Source: Candidatus Omnitrophota bacterium
Lineage (GTDB): Bacteria > Omnitrophota > Gorgyraeia > 1-14-0-20-64-10
Direction: 5' to 3'
DNA: 64,000 nucleotides
Assembly: GCA_023248155.1 (NCBI GenBank)
Contig: JAHFFE010000005.1
Coordinates: forward strand, 29,057-93,056
The position numbers were made by a program, and so were the translations under genes. Shown one piece after another: positions 18,927-27,508 of the stretch; positions within the stretch are counted from its first letter, which is position 1; each line of letters starts with the position of its first letter. The notes under the pieces are model-generated. The model had not been told where the DNA came from and made no database searches. It saw nothing but the letters and a program-made list of their open reading frames with translations.

Positions 18927-19931
18927 ATGGATTTGGATCGCGCCGCCTTATTGATTCAGTCGGAGTTTTCGTTTTTGCAGAGGGTTCATGCCCAGTGGAG
19001 TTTGACCGAGGGACCGCAGGATATGGAGCTGGTCGCGCATGCGCTGCGCGTGCTGTTGCACATGGGCAAGGCCGGTGAATCGCTTCCTGAATATCTGGCG
19101 CTGGTTAAGACGCAGCATACCGACGGCGGATGGGGCCGTGAATCATCCGAGCCGGAATCAGCCGCCTGGGTTTCGGCGTTTTGCGGCCTGATGTTGATCC
19201 GCGCCAACACATCGCTCAAGAACGAAGAGATCGAGAAGTCACTCTGGAGGTCGATCGACTATTTCCTGCAGCAGCAGTCTGCCGACGGCCGCTGGAAAGA
19301 CAGCGAGTGGGGCGACCTCGATACCACCTCGCACCCGGTCAGCTTTTTCAATGTCGTGCTGGCGCTGGGCACTCCCAAGATGAAAGACGCGGTCCGCGCT
19401 TCATGGCGTAAAGGACTGCGGTTCATTCTCGATAATCAGTCGGAAGACGGCGGCTGGTACGATCCGGTTTTTCAGCCGTCCGGCGTTGAAACAACGGCGC
19501 ACCTCGTGCAGGATGCCGTCATCGCGTCGCTGACGCTGCCCGACGGGCTTCCGGTCCGCCCGGCCTGCGAAAAAGGGCTGAACTGGATTTTAAATCATCA
19601 GGATGCCGACGGGTCATGGGATGAAAAGAACATGGACCACACGATGGACTGTACCCGTTCCACGATGTTAATTTCGCGATTGCTGCGGGCCGAAGAAAAA
19701 GCCCGGCCGGCCATTGAAAAAGCGATCGAGTGGACCGTGAAGTTCAAAAATGCCGAAGGATGGCCCGATTTTCCGGGCATGGAGACCAACCTGGAGCGGA
19801 CCTGCGACGGCCTTGATGTTTTGCTGAAGTATGAAGCGTGGCGTCAGGGAGATCCGATGGAATCGGCGCGCCGGTGGGGTTATGTGGCCGGTGAACCGGA
19901 ATTTCTGAAGGGTGCTTTAGCCGGCGTTTAA
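18927..19931 (+). CDS. Prenyltransferase/squalene-cyclase-repeat (alpha/alpha-toroid) protein, function unknown
   Basis: 334 aa with repeated 'QxxDGxW' motifs ('QQSADGRWKD', 'NQSEDGGWYD', 'NHQDADGSWDE') like the QW repeats of SHC/terpene cyclases, but only about half the length of SHC. Confidence 0.6.
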   Translation: MDLDRAALLIQSEFSFLQRVHAQWSLTEGPQDMELVAHALRVLLHMGKAGESLPEYLALVKTQHTDGGWGRESSEPESAAWVSAFCGLMLIRANTSLKNEEIEKSLWRSIDYFLQQQSADGRWKDSEWGDLDTTSHPVSFFNVVLALGTPKMKDAVRASWRKGLRFILDNQSEDGGWYDPVFQPSGVETTAHLVQDAVIASLTLPDGLPVRPACEKGLNWILNHQDADGSWDEKNMDHTMDCTRSTMLISRLLRAEEKARPAIEKAIEWTVKFKNAEGWPDFPGMETNLERTCDGLDVLLKYEAWRQGDPMESARRWGYVAGEPEFLKGALAGV

Positions 19932-20276
19932 ATGAGCGAACCAAAACAGCCGGTTGCTTCGGAGTCGGAACTTCCCGAAGGATCTTCCAAGCTGGTCACT
20001 GTGGACGGTAAGGAAGTGGCGCTGATTCGTGCCGAGGGCGCACTCTACGCCGTTGGTAACCGCTGTCCGCATCGCAGCGGGCCGCTGGTCCGCGGAAAAG
20101 TAGAACACGTCCCGGAGAATCCGGCCGATCCATCCTCCAAAACAACGCTGGCGGTTCGCTGCCCAATTCACGGCTGGTTGTTCGAACTTTCGACGGGCCG
20201 TTGTTTAACGCGGCCCAGCGCTTCGGTTCCAACTTATCCGGTTGAATGCGATAACGGACAGATTTGCATTGGTTAG
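19932..20276 (+). CDS. Small Rieske [2Fe-2S] protein (NirD-like)
   Basis: It has 'CPHRSGPL' and 'CPIHGW' CxH...CxxH Rieske ligand boxes. It is 114 aa. Confidence 0.75.
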   Translation: MSEPKQPVASESELPEGSSKLVTVDGKEVALIRAEGALYAVGNRCPHRSGPLVRGKVEHVPENPADPSSKTTLAVRCPIHGWLFELSTGRCLTRPSASVPTYPVECDNGQICIG

Positions 20277-21630
20277 TATTATTCTGGCGGCCGGCGTCGG
20301 TAAACGGATGGGGGCAACTGCCGCGCCAAAATGTCTTTCATCCGTCGGCGGGCAAACGCTGCTTCACCGCACAATTGATTCTCTCCGTCTGTCCGGTGTT
20401 TCAGAAATCGTCATTGTCGTTGGTTATGAAAAAGAGCAGGTTATCAAAGAAGCCCGCGCTTGCGCGCACGGCACCCACATTCAGTTTCTGGTTAATGATC
20501 GTTACCGCGAAGGGGCGATCCTTTCTTTGTATGCGGCCCGAAAATTCCTCGACCGGCCTGTTCTGATTATGGACGCCGACGTCCTGTGTCCTCCCTCGGC
20601 ATACGAACGGTTGATCCGTTCCGTTCACGGCAACGCGCTTTTGGTAGATGGTTCGTCTTCCGATACAGGCGAGGAGCAGCTGGTGTTTGGAAAGGCGGAC
20701 CGTGTTTTCCAGATTACGAAGCGGCCGGATGAATCGTTGAAGCGGTCGATGGAATCGTACGGTGAATCAATTGGGTTCCTTAAGTTGTCGGCGGACGCGG
20801 CCCAAACGCTGGGCACGCTGCTGGATCAGAAAATAAACGCCGGCATTGTTTCCATCGAACATGAGCAGGCTTATCCGGACCTGTTTGAGCGGCACGCGGT
20901 CGGCTGTGAGCAGGTGGATGGAATTCCCTGGACTGAAATTGATACGCCCGAGGATCTGCTCCGCGCTCAGCAGGAAATTCTTCCGTTATGGACCGCATCT
21001 CCGTGCCTGAATCGGCAGATTTCGGCCTTGTTTTTTCCGGTCATTGTTCCTCTTCCTCTGACGCCGAACCAATGGACGCTGATTGCGATGCTGCTTGGTC
21101 TGTCGTCGCTGATTTTCTTTGCGTGGGGTAGTCTTTGCAGCGATTTAACCGGTGCACTGTTGTTTCAAGCGTTTTACATCGTCGATAACTGGGACGGGGA
21201 AGTGGCCCGCCGTAAGAACCTTTCGTCACGGTTCGGCGGCTGGTTTGATTTTCTATCCGACGGCCTGATTCAGATCGGACTGCCGCTGTCGTTTGCCTGG
21301 GGGCTTAGCCGCACAGGCGCTGCTGATTGGATATGGATCGCCGGCGTTGCCGGCGCTCTAGGGGTATTTCTCGATTTTATCGCGACCGGCTGGGCCAAGG
21401 CGCGCGGTTTCGGCCCTGCCATTTTTGGTGATTCGCTGCGGCGGGGCAATCATTCTGGGTTTCGTTACTGGATCGGGGTGAATATGACCAATGAAAATTT
21501 TTCATGGATTGTTCTGATCGCCATGGCGTTCAACGCGAAATGGGCGCTGTTGCTGGCGATGTCGATCGGCTGCCAGGTCTATTGGATCCGGTTTTTGTCG
21601 TCGGAATGGCGTCGACTTAAGTTACAATAG
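20242..21630 (+). CDS. Bifunctional nucleotidyl(cytidylyl)transferase / CDP-alcohol phosphatidyltransferase fusion
   Basis: The N-terminus 'IILAAGVGKRMG' is a sugar/alcohol-phosphate nucleotidyltransferase P-loop. The C-terminal membrane domain 'DNWDGEVARRKNLSSRFGGWFDFLSDG' matches the CDP-alcohol phosphotransferase D-G-x2-A-R...G-x3-D-x3-D signature. The architecture resembles IPCT/DIPPS fusions. The true start may be the TTG at 20269. Confidence 0.75.
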   Translation: MNAITDRFALVSIILAAGVGKRMGATAAPKCLSSVGGQTLLHRTIDSLRLSGVSEIVIVVGYEKEQVIKEARACAHGTHIQFLVNDRYREGAILSLYAARKFLDRPVLIMDADVLCPPSAYERLIRSVHGNALLVDGSSSDTGEEQLVFGKADRVFQITKRPDESLKRSMESYGESIGFLKLSADAAQTLGTLLDQKINAGIVSIEHEQAYPDLFERHAVGCEQVDGIPWTEIDTPEDLLRAQQEILPLWTASPCLNRQISALFFPVIVPLPLTPNQWTLIAMLLGLSSLIFFAWGSLCSDLTGALLFQAFYIVDNWDGEVARRKNLSSRFGGWFDFLSDGLIQIGLPLSFAWGLSRTGAADWIWIAGVAGALGVFLDFIATGWAKARGFGPAIFGDSLRRGNHSGFRYWIGVNMTNENFSWIVLIAMAFNAKWALLLAMSIGCQVYWIRFLSSEWRRLKLQ

Positions 21631-21634
21631 TCTT

Positions 21635-22855
21635 ATGAGCGATCCACAGATGTTTCGCAAGGGGTTTGGTCTCAAAGATCAGGTGCGCGATGATCTGGAA
21701 CAGGATTATCGCAGCATGATCGTAGAGACAGTCCGCACCCGCGGCAACCGGCTTCAGGTCGGTGATCTAACCTTTTTAATTGCCAAGGAATTCGGTTTCT
21801 GTTACGGCGTCGAGCGGGCCGTCGACTATGCCTATGAAACCCGCAAGCAATTCCCCGAGAAAAATATTTATCTCACTACCGAGCTGATCCATAATCCGCG
21901 CGTGAATAATTGTCTGCGCCAGATGGGCATCGGCTTTTTAAACGGCCCGGGACCCCAGGATAAGAAGATCGGCGAGCTGAACGCGCAGGATGTTGTAATC
22001 ATTGCCGCGTTCGGAACGCAAGTCCAGGAGATGGAACAGCTTAAGGCCAAAGGATCCATTTTGGTGGATGCCACCTGCGGATCGGTGGTGCTGGTCTGGA
22101 AGCGCGTCGAGCAGTACGCGAAAGACGGATTTACGGCGGTGGTGCACGGCAACTACCGGCATGAAGAAACCCGCGCCACAGTTTCACGCGCCACGCAGTT
22201 TCCCCAGGGCAGATATCTGGTTGTCTGGGATAAGGACGAAGCGAAGCTGGTGTGCGAGTATATCCGGACCGGCAAAGATAAGGAAGCGTTCATGGCCCAC
22301 TTTGCTTCCAAAACTTCCGAAGGGTTTGATCCCGATAAAGACCTTTTACGCGTCGGCGTGGCCAACCAGACCACGATGCTCTCCAGCGATTCGCTCGAGA
22401 TCGCGCAGATGCTTAAAGAGGCGATGGCTGAGCGTTACGGGTCTGAGCAGCTGGCCGGTCATTTTCGTACTTTTGATACCATCTGCAGCGCCACGCAGGA
22501 TCGCCAGGACGCGATGATGGAATTGGTTAAGAACCATCTGGATATCGTCATTGTGATCGGCGGTTTTAACTCCAGCAACACCAGCCATCTTTCTGAAATC
22601 GCCACGCAGCACGCGCCGACGTATCATATTGATGATTCCAACTGCATTTTGTCCGATAAAGATATTCGCCATAAGCCGGTAGGGAAGCCCGTCTCCATTG
22701 TGACTTCCGGATGGCTGCCGACTTCCGGGCCGCTGACCATCGGTGTTACGGCCGGCGCTTCCACGCCGAACCGCGTTATCGGCGATGCCATTGAGCGGAT
22801 CATTCAACTTCGCGGTTATTCCACGGATCAGCTCAAATCAGCGCTCTCTTCTTAA
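21635..22855 (+). CDS. ispH: 4-hydroxy-3-methylbut-2-enyl diphosphate reductase (long form)
   Basis: 'FGFCYGVERAV' and the 'NSSNTSHL' conserved IspH/LytB motifs are present. An ispH paralogue is typical of hopanoid clusters. Confidence 0.85.
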   Translation: MSDPQMFRKGFGLKDQVRDDLEQDYRSMIVETVRTRGNRLQVGDLTFLIAKEFGFCYGVERAVDYAYETRKQFPEKNIYLTTELIHNPRVNNCLRQMGIGFLNGPGPQDKKIGELNAQDVVIIAAFGTQVQEMEQLKAKGSILVDATCGSVVLVWKRVEQYAKDGFTAVVHGNYRHEETRATVSRATQFPQGRYLVVWDKDEAKLVCEYIRTGKDKEAFMAHFASKTSEGFDPDKDLLRVGVANQTTMLSSDSLEIAQMLKEAMAERYGSEQLAGHFRTFDTICSATQDRQDAMMELVKNHLDIVIVIGGFNSSNTSHLSEIATQHAPTYHIDDSNCILSDKDIRHKPVGKPVSIVTSGWLPTSGPLTIGVTAGASTPNRVIGDAIERIIQLRGYSTDQLKSALSS

Positions 22856-22913
22856 GAACCGCTTATTCTGTTAACCACCCTTGACAAAGCCGTACCGCAT
22901 CAACCACACTTCT

Positions 22914-23187
22914 AGAGCCGGTTTCACAACCTCCCGTGGCCGCGCTTAAGCAGAATGACGAGCCAGACAAGGCGCGAGGAGGCCGGCGTAGTCAAAGTAC
23001 TACGGCAACGACGAGCAACGCAGTATGGCGAAGTCAGGATGTTAAGCCCGAAGGGTTTCGGCGGCAGGCCGCCGTCTCCTGCGGCGCTCTTCCTCGGCGG
23101 ATTGCTGTGAATACGCCGTCGTCATCGCTTCTTGGATACGGCGGGGCCTGGCGCTCGAAACGCGGTTCACGCGAGGTTGTGAAACCG
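22914..23187. other. Perfect 20-bp long-range inverted repeat enclosing about 235 bp of GC-rich non-coding DNA between ispH and gspE
   Basis: 'agagccggtttcacaacctc' (22914-22933) is the reverse complement of 'gaggttgtgaaaccggctct' (23168-23187). An internal 'ggcggcaggccgcc' hairpin is present. Confidence 0.5.
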
Positions 23188-23208
23188 GCTCTTAGTTAAG
23201 GGGGATGA

Positions 23209-24840
23209 TTGATGTCGGTCAAGCGCAGTGCCGTTCGAATTGGAGACCTTCTGATTAAAGAGGGGGTTATTACCTCTGATCAGTTGGAGCAGGCTTTGGC
23301 GGCCCAGAACCGTTCAGAAAATGAGCCGCTGTGCGCTGCCTTGTCCCGGCTTAATATTCTTTCCGAAGAAAAATCGCTTCCTATTCTTGCCCGCCAATTG
23401 GGCATGGAAATCATTTCTGTTGATCAGCAAAAAATTTCAGCCGATTTATTAAAGCTGGTTCCCGCGCGCATCGCGACTCGCTATCATATTTTGCCGGTTT
23501 CCCGGGAAGGACAGTCGCTGCGGGTGGCGACAGCGGACCCTCTCAATATCAAGGTTTTCGATGAGCTTCAGATGCTGACGCATTGTACGATTCTTCCGGT
23601 ACTGGTATTGGGACAGCAGTTGACCGAGGCTATCCGTCACTATTACGGGGTTGGCGCCGATATGGTCGAATCGATGGTGGACGATGGAGAACTCGCGAAG
23701 GCCGCTGAACTAAGAGAAGCCGCTGAAGATCTCGACAAGATCGGCGGTGAAGCGTCGACAGTCAAATTCGTCAACCAGCTTTTATTGGAAGCGGTGCGTG
23801 ATCGCGCGACCGATGTTCACCTGGAACCCTATGAAAAACGGCTGCTGATCCGCTACCGGATTGACGGTATTTTGTACGAGGTTCCTGTTTCCGCCGACAT
23901 GAAACGATTTCATTCAGGCATTGTTTCCCGCGTTAAAGTGATGTGCAATCTGAACGTGGCCGAGCATCGGCTTCCGCAGGATGGCCGCACCAAGGTCAAG
24001 GTGGGCGGCCGTGATTTGGATTTGCGCGTGTCCATCTTGCCCGCTGCGTTCGGCGAGTCGGTCATGATCCGTTTGCTGTCCACGAATGTGGTCTTAGGTC
24101 TGGAACAGATCGGGTTGCTGCCGGACCACCTGGCCCTGTTGGAAAAAATGGTGGTCAAACCGCACGGCATTGTTTTCGTGAGCGGACCCACCGGCGCCGG
24201 AAAAACAACCACGCTGTATGCCGCTCTGGCGCGCATGAACGACCGCAAGCGCAAGGTCATTACGATTGAAGATCCGATTGAATATTTAATGCCGGGCATC
24301 ACCCAGATTCAGGTCCATCCGAAAATTGATTTTACATTCGCGGCCGCGCTGCGTTCCGTGCTGCGCCATGATCCGGATGTGGTGATGCTCGGTGAGGTGC
24401 GCGATTTTGAAACCGCGGAGACTGCCATTCGGACCGCGCTGACCGGGCACCTCGTTTTTTCAACGCTGCATACGAACGACGCGGCCGGCTGCATGACCCG
24501 ATTGCTTGATATGGGCATCGAGCCGTACCTGGCGGCTTCTTCGTTGGAATGCGCGATCGCGGTTCGGTTGGTTCGGTTGATTTGTCCCGAGTGCCGCGCG
24601 AAAGGGTGTCCCCAGTGCCGGCAGACCGGCTATAAAGGCCGAACCGGTATTTTTGAGTTTCTGGTTCTCGATGAGGATATCCGGGCATTGGTCCTGCGCC
24701 GGGCATCCGCCGGTGAAATTACAAAGATGGCTTGCTCAAAAGGAATGCGCACCCTTCGTGAAGATGGGATGGAAAAAGTTCGGCGCGGCCTGACCACGAT
24801 TGAAGAAGTGATGCGCGTTACCGAAATGGACGCTTCTTAA
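23209..24840 (+). CDS. gspE: Type II secretion ATPase GspE (PilB/GspE family) with N-terminal T2SSE_N domain
   Basis: Walker A 'GPTGAGKTT', Asp box, His box and the tetracysteine 'CPECRAKGCPQC' are present. It is 543 aa. Confidence 0.9.
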   Translation: MMSVKRSAVRIGDLLIKEGVITSDQLEQALAAQNRSENEPLCAALSRLNILSEEKSLPILARQLGMEIISVDQQKISADLLKLVPARIATRYHILPVSREGQSLRVATADPLNIKVFDELQMLTHCTILPVLVLGQQLTEAIRHYYGVGADMVESMVDDGELAKAAELREAAEDLDKIGGEASTVKFVNQLLLEAVRDRATDVHLEPYEKRLLIRYRIDGILYEVPVSADMKRFHSGIVSRVKVMCNLNVAEHRLPQDGRTKVKVGGRDLDLRVSILPAAFGESVMIRLLSTNVVLGLEQIGLLPDHLALLEKMVVKPHGIVFVSGPTGAGKTTTLYAALARMNDRKRKVITIEDPIEYLMPGITQIQVHPKIDFTFAAALRSVLRHDPDVVMLGEVRDFETAETAIRTALTGHLVFSTLHTNDAAGCMTRLLDMGIEPYLAASSLECAIAVRLVRLICPECRAKGCPQCRQTGYKGRTGIFEFLVLDEDIRALVLRRASAGEITKMACSKGMRTLREDGMEKVRRGLTTIEEVMRVTEMDAS

Positions 24841-24849
24841 CAGCCCGCC

Positions 24850-26058
24850 GTGCAATTTTTCTACCGCGCCAAACAAGATTTTAAGACCGAAGCCTCGGGC
24901 GTTGTCGAAGCGCCCGATCTTTCCGCCGCGGTAACGCATTTGAAACAAAAAGGCCTCTATCCTCTGGAAGTTACTCCAATGGAAGGCGAAACGTCGCTTC
25001 GGCTGCTTGGTTTAAAACAAAAAGCGCTTTCCCGGTCGTCGTTGGCGTTATGGGCGCGTACCCTGAGCCAGGGATTGTCCGCCGGCTTGAGTTTGATGCA
25101 GTCGCTGCATCTGTTGTCGGAACAGGAACAGGGCCGTCCGCTCGGCGCTATCGCTAAACTGCTCGGAGAGTCGATTGTTTCCGGGCTGAGCTTGGCCGTG
25201 GCGATGGAGAAGATGGATTCTGTTTTTCCGGTGATGGCCATTCGTCTGGTGGAGGCCGGTGAAGCCGGAGGCGCTCTGGAAGAGGTGCTCGATTCATTGG
25301 CCGATCAGATGGAGCTGGAAGCCGAGCTGATCGCCAAAATTCAAGGGGCGTTGTTTTATCCGTTGTTTGTTTTGCTGGTAGGCGTTGGAACCGTCGGGAT
25401 TTTACTCTGGGTGGTTATCCCCAAATTGGCGGTTCTTTTCGTAGAAACGGGGCAGCCGCTTCCATGGGCGACGCGCCTGATGATTGAATCGGGCGGTGTT
25501 TTGTTTTGGTGCGCGGCAGCGCTGGGCGTTCTGCTTCCGATTTTGTATTGGACCAGTCGCCGCATGGGGATTACCATTCCGTGGATGCGCTGGTTGATGC
25601 GGTTTTTAAACCGTTTACCGCTGGTGGGGCCATTGATCGTTCAATCCGAATTCGCCCGGTTGTCGGCCGGGTTAGGGTTGATGCTCGGGCACGGGCTCCC
25701 TCTGCCGGAGTCTCTTCGGCTGGTTTCCGGAACGCTGGGCAGCGACCGGTTGCAGCGGCAACTGCAACAATCTCAGCAGTCGGTCATTGAAGGGATGAGT
25801 TTGTCGGCGGCGCTTAAAAAGAGCGGCATCCAGGAACCGTTCTTCATGACCATGGTTGGCATGGGTGAAGCGCAGGGTGATCTGGCAAACACGTTCAACC
25901 AAGCCGCGGAACGATACCGCCGCGACGTGGATCGAAGCGTAAAAATATTAAGTTCTCTGATTGAGCCGGTGATGATTCTGTTGGTGGGGTTGGCCGTGGG
26001 CGCGGTTGTTTTTTCAATGCTGTTGCCTATATTTCAGATTAATTTCGCGGTAGAATGA
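24850..26058 (+). CDS. gspF: Type II secretion inner-membrane platform protein GspF
   Basis: 402 aa with two T2SSF repeats and 3 TM segments. It immediately follows gspE. Confidence 0.85.
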   Translation: MQFFYRAKQDFKTEASGVVEAPDLSAAVTHLKQKGLYPLEVTPMEGETSLRLLGLKQKALSRSSLALWARTLSQGLSAGLSLMQSLHLLSEQEQGRPLGAIAKLLGESIVSGLSLAVAMEKMDSVFPVMAIRLVEAGEAGGALEEVLDSLADQMELEAELIAKIQGALFYPLFVLLVGVGTVGILLWVVIPKLAVLFVETGQPLPWATRLMIESGGVLFWCAAALGVLLPILYWTSRRMGITIPWMRWLMRFLNRLPLVGPLIVQSEFARLSAGLGLMLGHGLPLPESLRLVSGTLGSDRLQRQLQQSQQSVIEGMSLSAALKKSGIQEPFFMTMVGMGEAQGDLANTFNQAAERYRRDVDRSVKILSSLIEPVMILLVGLAVGAVVFSMLLPIFQINFAVE

Positions 26059-26076
26059 ACCAACTCTAGGGGACTA

Positions 26077-26496
26077 ATGAAAAAAACATCCGGGTTCACA
26101 TTAGTTGAATTGCTGGTTGTAGTGACCATCCTGGGCATTTTGGTCGCGATGGTGGTTCCTCGTTTGGCGGGCCGGACAGAACAGGCTCGGCGCGCGCGCG
26201 CCGATTCTGATATCAAGGGAAGCCTGGCTCTGGCTTTGGACCTGTTTGAATTAGATACGGGAAAATACCCCACCTCGGAGCAAGGGCTTGCCGCGCTTCG
26301 TGCTCAACCGCCTACGGTTGAAAACTGGAGAGGCCCTTACCTGAAGCAAGATCCAATCGATCCGTGGAATAATCCTTACCGCTACGCTTATCCGGGCACT
26401 CAAAATCCTCAAGACTATGATCTTTTTTCTTTAGGGCCGGATGGAGTTGAATCGACTCAGGACGATATCACCAATTGGAGCAAATCCTCCGGGTGA
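26077..26496 (+). CDS. gspG: Type II secretion major pseudopilin GspG
   Basis: The prepilin leader is 'MKKTSG^FTLVELLVVVTILGIL'. The GspG signature 'DPWNNPYRYAYPG...DYDLFSLGPDG' is present. Confidence 0.85.
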   Translation: MKKTSGFTLVELLVVVTILGILVAMVVPRLAGRTEQARRARADSDIKGSLALALDLFELDTGKYPTSEQGLAALRAQPPTVENWRGPYLKQDPIDPWNNPYRYAYPGTQNPQDYDLFSLGPDGVESTQDDITNWSKSSG

Positions 26497-26885
26497 AGAG
26501 GGGCTTCTCCCTCATTGAAGTTCTTCTGGCATTTGCTGTCCTTACCAGTTGTTTAACGGTCGTCGCGACGGCCTTTTCCCGCCATATTACCGCCTTGCGG
26601 TTTCTGCAGGATTCGCTGATCGCGGATCCTCTCACGGAAAACGCGCTTATTCATGAAGCGCTTAAGGAGCAGGTTCAGTTTCCGGATGAGGGCGTTTCTC
26701 CTGACCTTAAATTTGAGACGCGATTATCGCGCGCCGATCTGCCGTTGGAGGATCCCGCGGTGCAAGGCCTTTTCTTCGAGGAGATCATAGCCCGCACGGA
26801 GTGGATGCAAGCTGCGGCGCCGAGATCGATAACGGCCTCCATCGGTTTTCCGAAGAAAAAAAGCACGGAACCCAGCCCATCGTGA
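26475..26885 (+). CDS. Minor pseudopilin (GspI/H-like)
   Basis: It has a 'RG^FSLIEVLLAF' class-III signal peptide. It is 136 aa. Confidence 0.65.
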   Translation: MEQILRVKRGFSLIEVLLAFAVLTSCLTVVATAFSRHITALRFLQDSLIADPLTENALIHEALKEQVQFPDEGVSPDLKFETRLSRADLPLEDPAVQGLFFEEIIARTEWMQAAAPRSITASIGFPKKKSTEPSPS

Positions 26886-27508
26886 GAAATCCGATTCGTC
26901 GCAAAAAAGGGTTTACCTTGATGGAGCTGGTAATCGCGGCTGGTTTAACCGCCATGATGGCAACAGCGGTGGTCGTGGTTCTGGGCCGCGGGTTAACCGC
27001 CTGGAAAAGAACCGACGGCCGCCTGCAAAAAATCTTTGAGCTCAAGAAAAGCGTATCGTTGTTCGAAAAAGATCTGCGCAATGCCGCCATGTTTGACCCG
27101 CTGCCTTTTGAAGGAAAGCCGGGCGAATGGATTTTCGCCTCTTCTCAGGCACCGGACCGTTTAAGCGCCGTCGGTTACCGGCTGGCGCCCGCGCCGGGCG
27201 GAGGGATGGTTCTTGAGCGAACCGTCCAACTGCTTGACCGAGAACCGCAGCCGGTCGCCGTGAAACAACTGCTTTCCGGCGTTAAAGAAGCCCGCGTTCA
27301 ATACGCCGCTTTCCGCGGTGAGCAGGAAAAAAAGAATTTGGAATGGATGGACGCGTGGGACAGCGCCGTTCAGAACAAACAGATCCCGAAGGGAATCCGT
27401 TTGACATGGGTTGTTTCTCAGGGCAGCGCGGGGCCTGATATTTCTTTTTCCGAAGAGATATGGATTCCACAGGGAGAATGGGGAGTTATTCCGAATGAAA
27501 CGGCCTAG
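26882..27508 (+). CDS. Minor pseudopilin (GspJ-like)
   Basis: 'KKG^FTLMELVIAAGL' prepilin motif. The start is placed at the GTG at 26882, overlapping the upstream stop in GTGA fashion; the tracked ORF begins at 26801. Confidence 0.65.
   Translation: MRNPIRRKKGFTLMELVIAAGLTAMMATAVVVVLGRGLTAWKRTDGRLQKIFELKKSVSLFEKDLRNAAMFDPLPFEGKPGEWIFASSQAPDRLSAVGYRLAPAPGGGMVLERTVQLLDREPQPVAVKQLLSGVKEARVQYAAFRGEQEKKNLEWMDAWDSAVQNKQIPKGIRLTWVVSQGSAGPDISFSEEIWIPQGEWGVIPNETA

Noticed and set aside
22936-23199. An 87-codon ORF in the ispH-gspE intergenic region.
   Set aside because: It is low-complexity, Arg/Ala/Ser-rich, has no RBS, and is enclosed by the long inverted repeat. It is more likely non-coding.
22856-23208. 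Possible tmRNA, RNase P RNA, SRP RNA or 6S RNA in the 350-bp intergenic gap.
   Set aside because: No tRNA-like GGGG...CCA ends or tag-peptide reading frame, no 'GGAAAGUCCGG' P4 motif and no SRP domain-IV motif were found. Only a generic closed-stem architecture is seen, so it was kept as an unclassified inverted-repeat element.
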